A stretch of 64,000 nucleotides of DNA from the NCBI GenBank assembly GCA_977017575.1, contig CDRNVI010000052.1, positions 186,001 to 250,000 on the forward strand, written 5' to 3'. This DNA is from Paramoeba atlantica. Lineage: Eukaryota; Protista; Discosea. Under the pieces are notes generated by a model, which was not told the origin of the DNA, ran no database searches, and was given only the letters and a program-made list of their open reading frames with translations. Shown in pieces: positions 9,850 through 19,542 of the stretch (position 1 is its first letter; each line of letters starts with the position of its first letter). Position numbers and translations under genes: made by a program.

Positions 9850-12800
9850 ATGAGTTCTGATTTTACCGATATTCCGCACTCTAGTCGAAGTGAAGAGATG
9901 ACGCAAAATTTAACAACTTCCGTAAATAGCACACTTCTTTCCGCTCAGGCTGAACCTTACATCCCATCTTCCTCTGTTCGCATAAAGCCTTCTCCACCAT
10001 CCAAAATGTCGAGCTCTCGCAAATCGCGCACTAAAACTAAATTAAAGAATGCCGTTAATCTACCTCCCTTCTCCTTCCCCGTATTGCCCACCCTCTCACA
10101 AACGCCAAACCCAATCCCTTCTTTTGGACTGGCTCATCCCCCCGTTCTCTCCCTCTCCTCTGGGTTTGCTTCCCCCGGTTCCCACAGCACGACTCGATCC
10201 TTTCGCTCGGAAACACCTTCCACTCAGCTCCCTTTCCCATCTCTTCCCCTCCCCACCTCGACATCCTTTACTCCCTTTTCCCACCCTTTTGGTTTCGGTC
10301 TTCCTTCTCTCTTTGCGACCCCCTCGGCGAATTTGTCTTCCATAGGCACCACTCCCTCCATCCCGCTCTCTACTACCCCCACTAAACCTCAAAATATTCC
10401 CCTCATGCCCTTTCTCACCCCATTACCTCATCGAACCTCTCAAATCAAAATATCGACAGACCGCGTCGATCCTATGTTGACCCCTCCCGCACTGTCAACC
10501 GTGTCGGCTTCACAAAAAGCTGAGTCCTCAATCAATACGCCTTCTTTAAATGCATGTATGACTTCTTCCTTAAATGCTTCTTCAAAAGGTCTTTTTCCGC
10601 ATCTTCCCGACAATACTACTGCAATGGAATCTCAACACGACACCTCCCCGAGTCGTTTTCTCGCCTATCAAACACCTCAACCCAAGACGTACCCCAAAAA
10701 GAAGAACGAAAGAACAAACTCCAAAAAGAAATCAGTCTCTCCTCACTCTATCCATCCCACTCCAAATAGGGCAGCAAACATTTTCACACATTCCCCCGAA
10801 AAACAACAAAACCTTTTTCCTTCCAACACAGCGCCATTTTCAACCCTCCACAACGAAACCACACAAACCGAACCTCCTTTGATTCAAACCAGCCCAATGG
10901 CGCCAAGACATTTTAAGTCGCCTTCTCCCCCTGCTGTCATTCTCCTCCTCGGGGTCTGTGGCAGCGGCAAGACCACCCAGGGACGGTTGCTGGCCCGCAA
11001 CCACCCGTTTTTATTTTTCAGCGGAGGGGAGACGCTGCGGCAGTTGTCCACACAAACCACACACAACTGGTCACTTCGTGTGCTCGCGAGTGAGGCGCTG
11101 GCGGCACAGTTAGCGCTGCTGGGGAAACCGGAGAGCGCGTACGGCAGTTCTAAAATGGAGGCTAAGCACGCAAGTAGAAATACAAGTAGATATAGAGGCA
11201 TTGTGATTGACCGTCAGGGGAAATCTGTAGAGGACTTTTGTTATCTATTGCACACCTTGCGTTCCAATGGGTTAAGGTTAAATGCGGTGGCGGTGTTAGC
11301 CCTGCAGGGGGAGATTGCAAAAGAACGTATGATGCGGCGGGAAGAGGAGGAAAAGGGAGAGAGGAAAAACAAAGAGGAGAAAAAGGGGGGAGTCGAGGCG
11401 GCAAGACCCGAAAGCGGCGACGCATATGCGATTGGGGAGCGCATCAAGGCGACGGAAGCACTGACCCGACGTTGTGTGCGGTTTATTTCGCAAGTGGAGA
11501 GATCTCGAGAGTTGGTGTGTGTTGTGGATACCACAGATAGCGTAGAATTGTCTCATCAAACGCTTTGTTTTTCTGTGGCGCATTTGTTCACGCCAAGTAT
11601 TCAACAGCAGGTTGCTGAAATTGATTTTTTCCCGCAGTTCATAGTGGGACCCATTGAACTTGTAGAGAGTTCAAAAGAATATGCCGAGGTCTTGGATCGC
11701 CTATTGCATTTGCTCGCATGTGAGAAGGCAACGAAGTTTCCCGGAACTGTCACAAGTCACTACGCAACGAAGAAATTTTTAGAGGAGCGTCAGATTTCAT
11801 CCCATCGCACTGATTATCGTATCTTTCACCGATATGAGGGTCTACGATGTCTTTGTCTGATCTCACCCAACACCCCTGGAGGTTATCTTATTCCTCGGCA
11901 CATGAAATGCATTTATCGAATTCGATCCGGAGTGTGGAATGAGGATCCCTTTGTGAAGCAGAAATTAACGACTCTAGATGGAGATTTCATCTTGGACGGA
12001 GAACTGGTTCCTATTTGTGCTTCAGGCTTCCCCGGTCACCCCCTTCAGTGGACACGTCCCGACAGTGGGATATCCTCTTTTTTATATTCCGTCTCTGACC
12101 TTCTTATGTCTAATGGTCAGCTGGTCACACGTCGGTCCTGGGAGGAACGTCACTCGCTTCTTAACCAAATACTTCACGTGGAGAATGAATTTCTCACGAG
12201 TTTGCTTCATACTTCACGTGTTTCTTTTTTGTTCTTGTCTAAAGGTGCCTTTCGGATTTCACAAGTCGAGGAGGCCTTGGAAAACACTCATCGCATTCCA
12301 GAGTTAAAAGTGGAAAGTTATTTTTTTCAACACAACGGGGAGTACCGCATGGGATGGGACGAGAACATTGCCATTTGGAAGCCACTGCATTTGCTTAGCT
12401 TTGATTTTCGCGTTGGGGATGTGCAATCACTTGAGGATAACGCAACCGCTCGGCTTTCTCTCGAATGTTTGGTCCATGAGTCAGGAACGCGTGCACGATA
12501 CGTCCAGATTCCTCTCCCCGATGTTGTCGAGGCTCCGCTGCACGAAACAACGCGATTTGATCTTGATTTTGGCTCCATTGTGGAGTGCACACTATTTGCC
12601 AGAGTCGATGGATCGTATATTCGTCAACTTCACTTTCTTCGCGTGAACTACGAGAAAACAGCGTCCGGCACCAAATCTCAACTGGACGAGCTAAGTCACC
12701 TACGGCTTCATCTAGCAACGAAGGCCGATTTAGCACATTTCTTGACCTTCAGAAACGCTGTGAGTACTTCTCCTGCCCACTCCCCTGCGGCTTCACAAAT

Positions 12801-13770
12801 TCATCGATCGCAATGGGGTACTCGAGGGCTTGTCGACGCGCATCTCTCTCCGTCATTTCAATCTCCTTCAACCCGCTCTCCTATATTATTTGCCTCCAAT
12901 CGTCCACGATCGGGGCTTGTGAATTCATCTCTACGTGAGATGACTACCTCACAAACGAGTGAAAACAAAATCAAAGCAGAATCACAAGCTTTACAAAACG
13001 AATACGCACAAATCTCAACAAAAAGGGAATCAGAAGAGGAAATACAACCTCTTGTCGCTCCTATTTTTGAAATGGACACAAGAAGTTCGTCGATGTCCAG
13101 TCATTCCTCCACCCGAGATATCTCACCCGAGTTCGGGGTTCTGCCGTCTTCCTATGCGAGAGCTCTTGATCCTTCCTCGGTGAGTCATCTCTCTTCAACC
13201 AGCAACCAAATCGTATCTACAAATTCTGAAAAAACTAGCACAGTTTTTGGGACTAAAAAATCTTCATGTGAAACAAATGCTACGAAAAATTTCAGCCCTG
13301 AAACGAGCAAACACAGAAATTCCAATACAAAACCAATGCAAACGAAACGAGAGCCACAACCCGAAACTGACGCCTCTCAAGTGGCTTCTGAAACGAATCG
13401 TTTGGCAATTTCCTCTGCCTCCGACAAACCTAAAACGGGTCCACGAAAATGTATGGAATGCGACAAACCAGCTCCTGGGCGCACCGACGACCGGTCGGCG
13501 ACATCCGGGATGTTTTACTGTTTCTCTTGCTGGCGAAAATACGGCCAAGACCACTGCCACGGGTGCCGAAAGTTTCGTGAGGTTCACCCATGGAAAGGGT
13601 ATAGTGTCTGCAGGGGCTGTTCTCACCTGTACGGGTGTTGTTCTGCCTGTGGAAAACCGCGAAAAGGCAGGGAAGACGCGGATGCCAAGTTTTACTGCGA
13701 CCATTGTTGGTCGGAGTATAGGTACGAATGGAGTAATTACAAATCCAAGCATCGAAATTCGAAAAAATAG
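9850..13770 (+). CDS. Ce1-like capping enzyme: Pro/Ser-rich N-terminus, adenylate-kinase-like P-loop, degenerate guanylyltransferase, C-terminal CxxC zinc fingers
   Basis: P-loop LLGVCGSGKTTQG. NTase motifs: I-like HRYEGLR, III ILDGELV, IIIa SVSDLLMSNG, V IWKP..L.FDF, VI RVNYEK. Six CxxC pairs at the C-terminus. Same domain order as T. brucei TbCe1. Confidence 0.7.
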   Translation: MSSDFTDIPHSSRSEEMTQNLTTSVNSTLLSAQAEPYIPSSSVRIKPSPPSKMSSSRKSRTKTKLKNAVNLPPFSFPVLPTLSQTPNPIPSFGLAHPPVLSLSSGFASPGSHSTTRSFRSETPSTQLPFPSLPLPTSTSFTPFSHPFGFGLPSLFATPSANLSSIGTTPSIPLSTTPTKPQNIPLMPFLTPLPHRTSQIKISTDRVDPMLTPPALSTVSASQKAESSINTPSLNACMTSSLNASSKGLFPHLPDNTTAMESQHDTSPSRFLAYQTPQPKTYPKKKNERTNSKKKSVSPHSIHPTPNRAANIFTHSPEKQQNLFPSNTAPFSTLHNETTQTEPPLIQTSPMAPRHFKSPSPPAVILLLGVCGSGKTTQGRLLARNHPFLFFSGGETLRQLSTQTTHNWSLRVLASEALAAQLALLGKPESAYGSSKMEAKHASRNTSRYRGIVIDRQGKSVEDFCYLLHTLRSNGLRLNAVAVLALQGEIAKERMMRREEEEKGERKNKEEKKGGVEAARPESGDAYAIGERIKATEALTRRCVRFISQVERSRELVCVVDTTDSVELSHQTLCFSVAHLFTPSIQQQVAEIDFFPQFIVGPIELVESSKEYAEVLDRLLHLLACEKATKFPGTVTSHYATKKFLEERQISSHRTDYRIFHRYEGLRCLCLISPNTPGGYLIPRHMKCIYRIRSGVWNEDPFVKQKLTTLDGDFILDGELVPICASGFPGHPLQWTRPDSGISSFLYSVSDLLMSNGQLVTRRSWEERHSLLNQILHVENEFLTSLLHTSRVSFLFLSKGAFRISQVEEALENTHRIPELKVESYFFQHNGEYRMGWDENIAIWKPLHLLSFDFRVGDVQSLEDNATARLSLECLVHESGTRARYVQIPLPDVVEAPLHETTRFDLDFGSIVECTLFARVDGSYIRQLHFLRVNYEKTASGTKSQLDELSHLRLHLATKADLAHFLTFRNAVSTSPAHSPAASQIHRSQWGTRGLVDAHLSPSFQSPSTRSPILFASNRPRSGLVNSSLREMTTSQTSENKIKAESQALQNEYAQISTKRESEEEIQPLVAPIFEMDTRSSSMSSHSSTRDISPEFGVLPSSYARALDPSSVSHLSSTSNQIVSTNSEKTSTVFGTKKSSCETNATKNFSPETSKHRNSNTKPMQTKREPQPETDASQVASETNRLAISSASDKPKTGPRKCMECDKPAPGRTDDRSATSGMFYCFSCWRKYGQDHCHGCRKFREVHPWKGYSVCRGCSHLYGCCSACGKPRKGREDADAKFYCDHCWSEYRYEWSNYKSKHRNSKK

Positions 13771-14459
13771 GTGAAGGGAGCGGAGCGTCATAAAAACCGC
13801 GAAGAGCGCATTGATTAGTCATAAACGCGAAGAGTGGAGAATACAGTGTATATACAGAATACGTATGTACCCCTAAGGGAGCACCTAACGCCTATAATAC
13901 TGGATTTGTAACCCTCTTTTTTCCGCCAACACAAATGTTTAGTAGCATTCACTGACCCGTTTTCATTTAATTAAGCACTTCCGCACTCTTTGTAGTGCTA
14001 TATGATGCTTTACATACATGTATGTACATACGATTGTTTGTCTTCTTTTCTCAACCTCGACTTTAGCTATTTGACTATACGTGGAGTATGGAATATAGCT
14101 TTTAGCTTTGTCATTCGTGTTTTTTCTATCTTTTTCTTTTCTCGAGAGGTTTATTATGAATTGTAAATCATAAACTTATTTTTTATCCGATAAACGGTGT
14201 ACTATTTGAAAGCAAGACTTGGAAAGGTGTTACTTTTCCAGCTTCTTCCTTCAGTAGTTTGTGCATAAGAAATGTTTTATTTTTTCCTAAACACTTCAAA
14301 GTTTATTAGCCTAAAAAGTTTAAAACCTAAATGGTTCAAATTTTCTTTCGCTGTTTCTAAGAAATTGATTAATGAAAAAAAGCTTTGTACTCCTAAGCTA
14401 TAGTCGTTTTTCTGACTCTATTTTCTAGTTTTTTTCTGCATTGTACACAACATGCCTTC

Positions 14460-16373
14460 ATGATCGCTTCTAAAGTCAAAGAATTCGCATCATCTTCTCA
14501 AACTGTTGAGGAGTTTTTATCTCTTTATTCCTCACAGCATTCCCTTTCAGTTCTCCAAAAGGAAATTAATGCTTTAAAAACTGATCTGAATAGCCAAAAA
14601 AATGAAAAGCTACGCGCTATATGGTTTGATCTCGTCTGTCCATTCTTAGAAGATGCTCCAAGTATTGGGCGGGAAATTGACATTTTGGTTCAAACGATAT
14701 CGCGCGAACTGAAAGATGTTGCTCACGTAGCTTCAAAAACTATCGCATTGCATCCCGATGCTCATTTCACTAAAAAAGTTAACAGGAGCGACTCGTCTTC
14801 CCCAGACATTAACAGTACCTTATCCGAACTTAAAGCTTTACAAGCCGCCAATCAGCCAGTACAACTTCCACTTTTACAGGAGGCATTGCTTTGCATAGAG
14901 ATAAGCAAAATGGATGCTTTTTCACAGTGTAGCACAGAGTCAGAAGCTGAAGCAAATGTGTCTCAGCTTCTGAGGTCCTACTCCTTTCATTTGGATAAAT
15001 ATTTTGTGAAATGTTGTCTCGAAAAAGAACAAAATTCCTACCACACATGCCTTGCGCTATATTTCAACGCGGGGTTGGTTTCGCACGCACAACACACATT
15101 TCGACAAGAAATCCTTTTACCTTATGTTTCCAATTTATCGAACCGCGTTGACATTTCCTGTAGAAATGTTTTACTTCGTGTATCCAAAGAATTGCACGAC
15201 ACCTTTTCTTCCCTGATCAATGCCTCCCACAAAGTATCCAATACGTTTTTTCTTGCCGGTCTTTGCCTATGGCCTATTCTTTCCGAGCATATTATGGATC
15301 ACTACACAGAAGTGTTTGCGTTTGACGACGCTCCTTCATTCATCGAAAGAGGCCAACAAAGCACTACTTTTATTAAATGCATTTCTTCACTCTGTCAAAG
15401 TTCGACCGAGAGAGACGAAATGCTTTCTAGTCCACAAAAAATACGGTGGGATCAAAAGTGGGAGATGAATTCATATTGTGAGGCACTGGCGAGAATTTTA
15501 GAAGTTAATACCGTGCGCATTTCGAAGGTGAATTCATCAGAAGACCTCGTTGAAATTTTTCGTTCTGCGTTTGATCTTTTTCGTCCCTCATTCTTCATAT
15601 TGGAATTGGCTGGCCGTCTCACCCACTTAACCTTCTTAGCGCTGCAGCGAATGACCAAAGCGATACATGAACTTACTTTTCTGCAACTTGATTCGTCGTC
15701 CGCAACCTTCGAATATTTTTATTCTTTTTTGACCTTTTTACACTCTTTCCCGAATTGGTTTCCAGAAATTGTGTGTGATACACTCGACAAATCTCTCGTT
15801 TTGGAGGTTCAAACTATTGTTTTGAGTGAGTATCTCCTACCTGTATGCAATGACTTTCGCCATCAGCTTTTTAATCAGATTAAAGCCGAATGCTCCAAGG
15901 AGTTGCCTACTATTTCTTCCTTCACCGAACAGCATACCGCTGAACAAACATTCGAACTTCATGCTAGTTTGATTTATGTAGAAAAGCTCTGGAATCCGAT
16001 TCTTCGATTCTGTGAGCGCATCGAGAAATCTTCTGTTCCGTTTCAAACTGAGGCAAAGCAACTTGCCTGGGTTGAGCATATTTCCTCGCAGCTTGCTGAA
16101 ATATATCACGACAAGGTATCCGAGGTGTGGGTGACTTGTTGCAATGCAGAAAGAAGGTTTGACGCATATTGTGCGCGATATCAGATTGTATCATCACCTA
16201 CGAGTCCTTTGTTGAATGGAAATACAGCCCGGGTGCGCTTCCAGCTACGGCGAGATATTGAGTGCTTTCTCGCTATTTTTACTCGTGTTACAAATATGAG
16301 TGTCGAAAATGCTTCCTATCGCATTCTGCGTTCTTTACTTGATGAATTATTCTTGCCGAATGAGATTTCGTAA
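14460..16373 (+). CDS. COG2: Conserved oligomeric Golgi complex subunit 2-like
   Basis: Pattern FL..CLWP..S..I......VFAF.D..SF..R...ST.FI..I..LC.S...R....S......W..KWEMNSY and C-terminal RVRFQL..DI, both resembling COG2; divergent. Confidence 0.6.
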   Translation: MIASKVKEFASSSQTVEEFLSLYSSQHSLSVLQKEINALKTDLNSQKNEKLRAIWFDLVCPFLEDAPSIGREIDILVQTISRELKDVAHVASKTIALHPDAHFTKKVNRSDSSSPDINSTLSELKALQAANQPVQLPLLQEALLCIEISKMDAFSQCSTESEAEANVSQLLRSYSFHLDKYFVKCCLEKEQNSYHTCLALYFNAGLVSHAQHTFRQEILLPYVSNLSNRVDISCRNVLLRVSKELHDTFSSLINASHKVSNTFFLAGLCLWPILSEHIMDHYTEVFAFDDAPSFIERGQQSTTFIKCISSLCQSSTERDEMLSSPQKIRWDQKWEMNSYCEALARILEVNTVRISKVNSSEDLVEIFRSAFDLFRPSFFILELAGRLTHLTFLALQRMTKAIHELTFLQLDSSSATFEYFYSFLTFLHSFPNWFPEIVCDTLDKSLVLEVQTIVLSEYLLPVCNDFRHQLFNQIKAECSKELPTISSFTEQHTAEQTFELHASLIYVEKLWNPILRFCERIEKSSVPFQTEAKQLAWVEHISSQLAEIYHDKVSEVWVTCCNAERRFDAYCARYQIVSSPTSPLLNGNTARVRFQLRRDIECFLAIFTRVTNMSVENASYRILRSLLDELFLPNEIS

Positions 16374-16816
16374 CCCCCTTGCTCATAAACCTCGCGTCAC
16401 GAAAAGTGACTCCCACTTTTTCTCTTGCAAGTGTCCAACTGAGCTAATTTTTGTTGCATTTTGAAGATCTCAACGCAAAGACTTTGCGCTTTAAGAAACG
16501 GAATAACAATCTCGAATGTGTATCTCTGAAAAGAGAATTACCACTTTTTCGCCCTCTTTAAAATACCGACTTCTTCACTCTTTCAAAAATGAAAGTTTTA
16601 AAAAAACTGTTCTATGTTTTTTTTGTTTTTCAAAGATACACCCCAGCCACATTTTTTTGGCGTTTTTGTGTAATTTTTGGATTTCTTAATATAGCTGTGC
16701 CTTCTTAATATACGTATACCTTCGTAATATACCGGGGGGTATGGTAAGCTGGGCAGTGGTTTAGTTCATATGTGAATTCTTCTCTGCACTCTTTTTTCTT
16801 TCGTACACACTTTTCA

Positions 16817-17632
16817 ATGGGTGTACAGTTCAGCTCTCCGAGTAGCGTCGAAGGATTTCAGGTTGTGCACGTTAAACCTGAGACACCCGCACACCGCTGT
16901 GGCTTACTTCCTTACTTTGATTTTATTCTTTCCGTTGACGATATGCCTTTGGATGCAGAGAATAAACACTTGTTTCCAGCTCACATAGGACGAAAAGTCG
17001 ACAACGAAGAAGTGGACCTTAAAGTCTATAATCTCAAAGTGAAACAAAGTCGCAATGTTTCCTTGGCTCTTGGCCGATCGTCTTCGGGTCAGGGTGAGAT
17101 GGGGTGTAGTGTTACGTGGAATAGTGTGGAAAACGCAGAACAATGTGTTTGGCACGTGACAAGTGTCGCATCAGAAAGTGCAGCTGCGCAGGCGGGTATT
17201 CTCTCAGAGCGTCATTTTCTGTTGGGCATGGAAATATTGAGCCTCGTTGAGGAGAAATCTAGGCCAATGATGCTGTTTTCAAAGCCATCCGACTTTCGTG
17301 AACGTCTGGAAAAGTGGAGCGCACAGCGAATCCGTCTGTTACCTAAATGCCACGAGAAGTCGGGGAAAATTTTGTTTCTTGTGTATGATACGATTACCAA
17401 CACAATTTCCGAAGTTTGTCTTGTTCTTCAAGATATTTCTCTTGGAATAGATGTCGGTAATGGTTATATGCACTCTATTCCAGTTTCGACACAGCTTCCT
17501 CTCTTAGAGACTTTTCATGAAAATAATAGAGTTGATACGAGCCTTCCACATGTCCCAGAATCTTCTTCATCTAGCCTTGCTGACCAGCCCACATATTCTG
17601 ATTCTTTCAATAATTTTAGACCAACAATATGA
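16817..17632 (+). CDS. GRASP: Golgi reassembly-stacking protein (GRASP55/65 family)
   Basis: MGVQFS myristoylation motif; tandem PDZ-like domains (GFQVVHVKPETPA..GLLPYFDFI, VWHVTSVASESAAAQAGI, LGIDVGNGYMHSIP). Confidence 0.9.
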   Translation: MGVQFSSPSSVEGFQVVHVKPETPAHRCGLLPYFDFILSVDDMPLDAENKHLFPAHIGRKVDNEEVDLKVYNLKVKQSRNVSLALGRSSSGQGEMGCSVTWNSVENAEQCVWHVTSVASESAAAQAGILSERHFLLGMEILSLVEEKSRPMMLFSKPSDFRERLEKWSAQRIRLLPKCHEKSGKILFLVYDTITNTISEVCLVLQDISLGIDVGNGYMHSIPVSTQLPLLETFHENNRVDTSLPHVPESSSSSLADQPTYSDSFNNFRPTI

Positions 17633-17771
17633 AATGATAATCAGCTTTGAACGTCTTTGAAAACCATTTTACCTATTTTTGTAGGGTAATACTACTCCAT
17701 AATACCACAACAACTGCTGTATTCGATTCTCTCGAACCTCTATCATAGTCTCATTCTCTTAACGTGGTGTA

Positions 17772-18575
17772 ATGTTCTTACTACCGTTTGCAGACAACTC
17801 AGCTCCTGTCTCAAAAAGACGTAAAACTGAAAGCGCTTTCTCAGACTCCGCCTCCCCAATCCCCAAAACAACTGCATCCAAAGTCCGGGGCGTCGCACTT
17901 CCCCAAGAATTTGAAATGGATTACTTTTTACGCAACATTACAAATCGTCATCCCTCATGGAACACTGATCGGTCCCTTTGTAAGTGGGAAGGTGTCCTGT
18001 GTTGGAAGGAAGGAAAGGTGTCTGAGGTTCGCTGGGGGAATTATCCGATTGACGGTACCCTTTGGTGGGACAGCACACCCCACTCCTTGCTGCGTCTTGA
18101 ATTACACTGCGGTATATTCCGTGAAAACGCTCTTTGCGGTGATGTGAAGCTCGCTGCTCTCCCGGACTCTCTGGAGCGACTCTATCTATGGGGTCAATCC
18201 TTTTCAGGAGAAATTGATACTCGTAGCTTGCCTCGCTCTCTGCTCATATTGCAGGCATATCTCAACAAGTTCTCAGGAAGTCTTGACCTCACAATCCTTC
18301 CCTCTGGACTGTTTCAAGCGTTTCTTAACAACAATCAATTTGAAGGAGAAATTAATCTCCGTGTGTTGCCAGCGTCATTGGAACAGCTAAGCCTTTCGTG
18401 GAATCATTTTACCGGTATTGTGGATATTTCTTCCCTTCCAGAAGTCATGTTCTCGCTCTGCCATAAATGGGATCCGGAATGCGAAGATCTCCCGCTTTGT
18501 AGCATCCGTCATGACTCTTACACCGCTCCCTTCCCGAGCAGCGCTTGTTCAATGGGGCCGCAGCACCTACAGTAA
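17772..18575 (+). CDS. Leucine-rich-repeat protein whose C-terminus is replaced by retroelement sequence
   Basis: LCKWEGVLC cap and repeats such as GSLDLTILPSGLFQAFLNNNQFEGEI. LRR periodicity ends near 18455. Confidence 0.75.
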   Translation: MFLLPFADNSAPVSKRRKTESAFSDSASPIPKTTASKVRGVALPQEFEMDYFLRNITNRHPSWNTDRSLCKWEGVLCWKEGKVSEVRWGNYPIDGTLWWDSTPHSLLRLELHCGIFRENALCGDVKLAALPDSLERLYLWGQSFSGEIDTRSLPRSLLILQAYLNKFSGSLDLTILPSGLFQAFLNNNQFEGEINLRVLPASLEQLSLSWNHFTGIVDISSLPEVMFSLCHKWDPECEDLPLCSIRHDSYTAPFPSSACSMGPQHLQ

Positions 18576-19200
18576 CATGAAATGCCCTATTTGCAACGAC
18601 CGAGTGCAAACCGTCAGACACACCCTTTCCGCCTGCACCACTTCACTTCAGCAAGGACGATATACTTTCCGTCATAACCTTGTCCTTGCCGAATTTGCGA
18701 AACATATTAGGGAAGCACAGGGAACTGAGTTTTCATATTTCGACCTACCAGGAGAGCGTAACCCACCAGCTTGGCTGAGGGAACACGATACACTGCTCCG
18801 TCCCGACGGTTACATTAAACTTCACAATGGGACAGAGTTCCTCATCGAACTCACAGTCCCATGGGAGGAGAATGCGGAGAACGCTCATCGGAGAAAATCC
18901 GAGAAGTACAACATCCTTTTACATACACGGCGACAGGAAAACCCGGACACCTACATAATAGCCTTTGAAATAGGTGCCCGGGGATTCCCCAATGGGTCAT
19001 GCAAATATATTAATGCCATCTTTAACGGCGACCATATTTTGGCCACAAAGTGTCGAGAAAGCATGACACAGATGGCCCTCAGGGGGAGTTACATACTCTG
19101 GGCTCGCCGAAATGAGGCGACATGGTCGGAGGAGGAAACGTATTGACATTATCTTCTAAAAAGGGGGCAATCCCGTTGAATGCGGGTCATACCCCCGACT
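18455..19200 (+). mobile_element. 5'-truncated RLE-type non-LTR retrotransposon (HERO/R2-like): CCHC finger plus restriction-like endonuclease
   Basis: LPSRAALVQWG..CPIC....TVRHTLSAC....QGRYTFRHN, RPD, IELTVPWE, KSEKY, FEIGARG. Frame ends at 19146; 3' boundary approximate. Confidence 0.85.
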
Positions 19201-19542
19201 TACTCTACTGGAAAGTATGAAAAAATAAAATCTTAGAGGAAATAATTTTGAAAGCATTGTACCCCTCCCCTTTCCCGACTTCGTGGAAGTGGGAGATACA
19301 CGTGTAAGTACATGGCGAAAACACATTCCTGGAAAATAAAAGAGTAAAAGGCGTACCTTTAAAAAAAATCTTTGAATTTCTGAACGTTAACGCAAAAGGG
19401 GAATCCGTTTTTTTATGCCTCGTTGGAAACAGTGTAGGCTTCCTATCTTTTTTTCTCTGTTTAAGGGTACATGTCAAACTATCGAAAAGCAACTCGATTT
19501 TTTTTCTAGCCTTCGCTCATTTATTTCTTTTTACTTGTCAGC

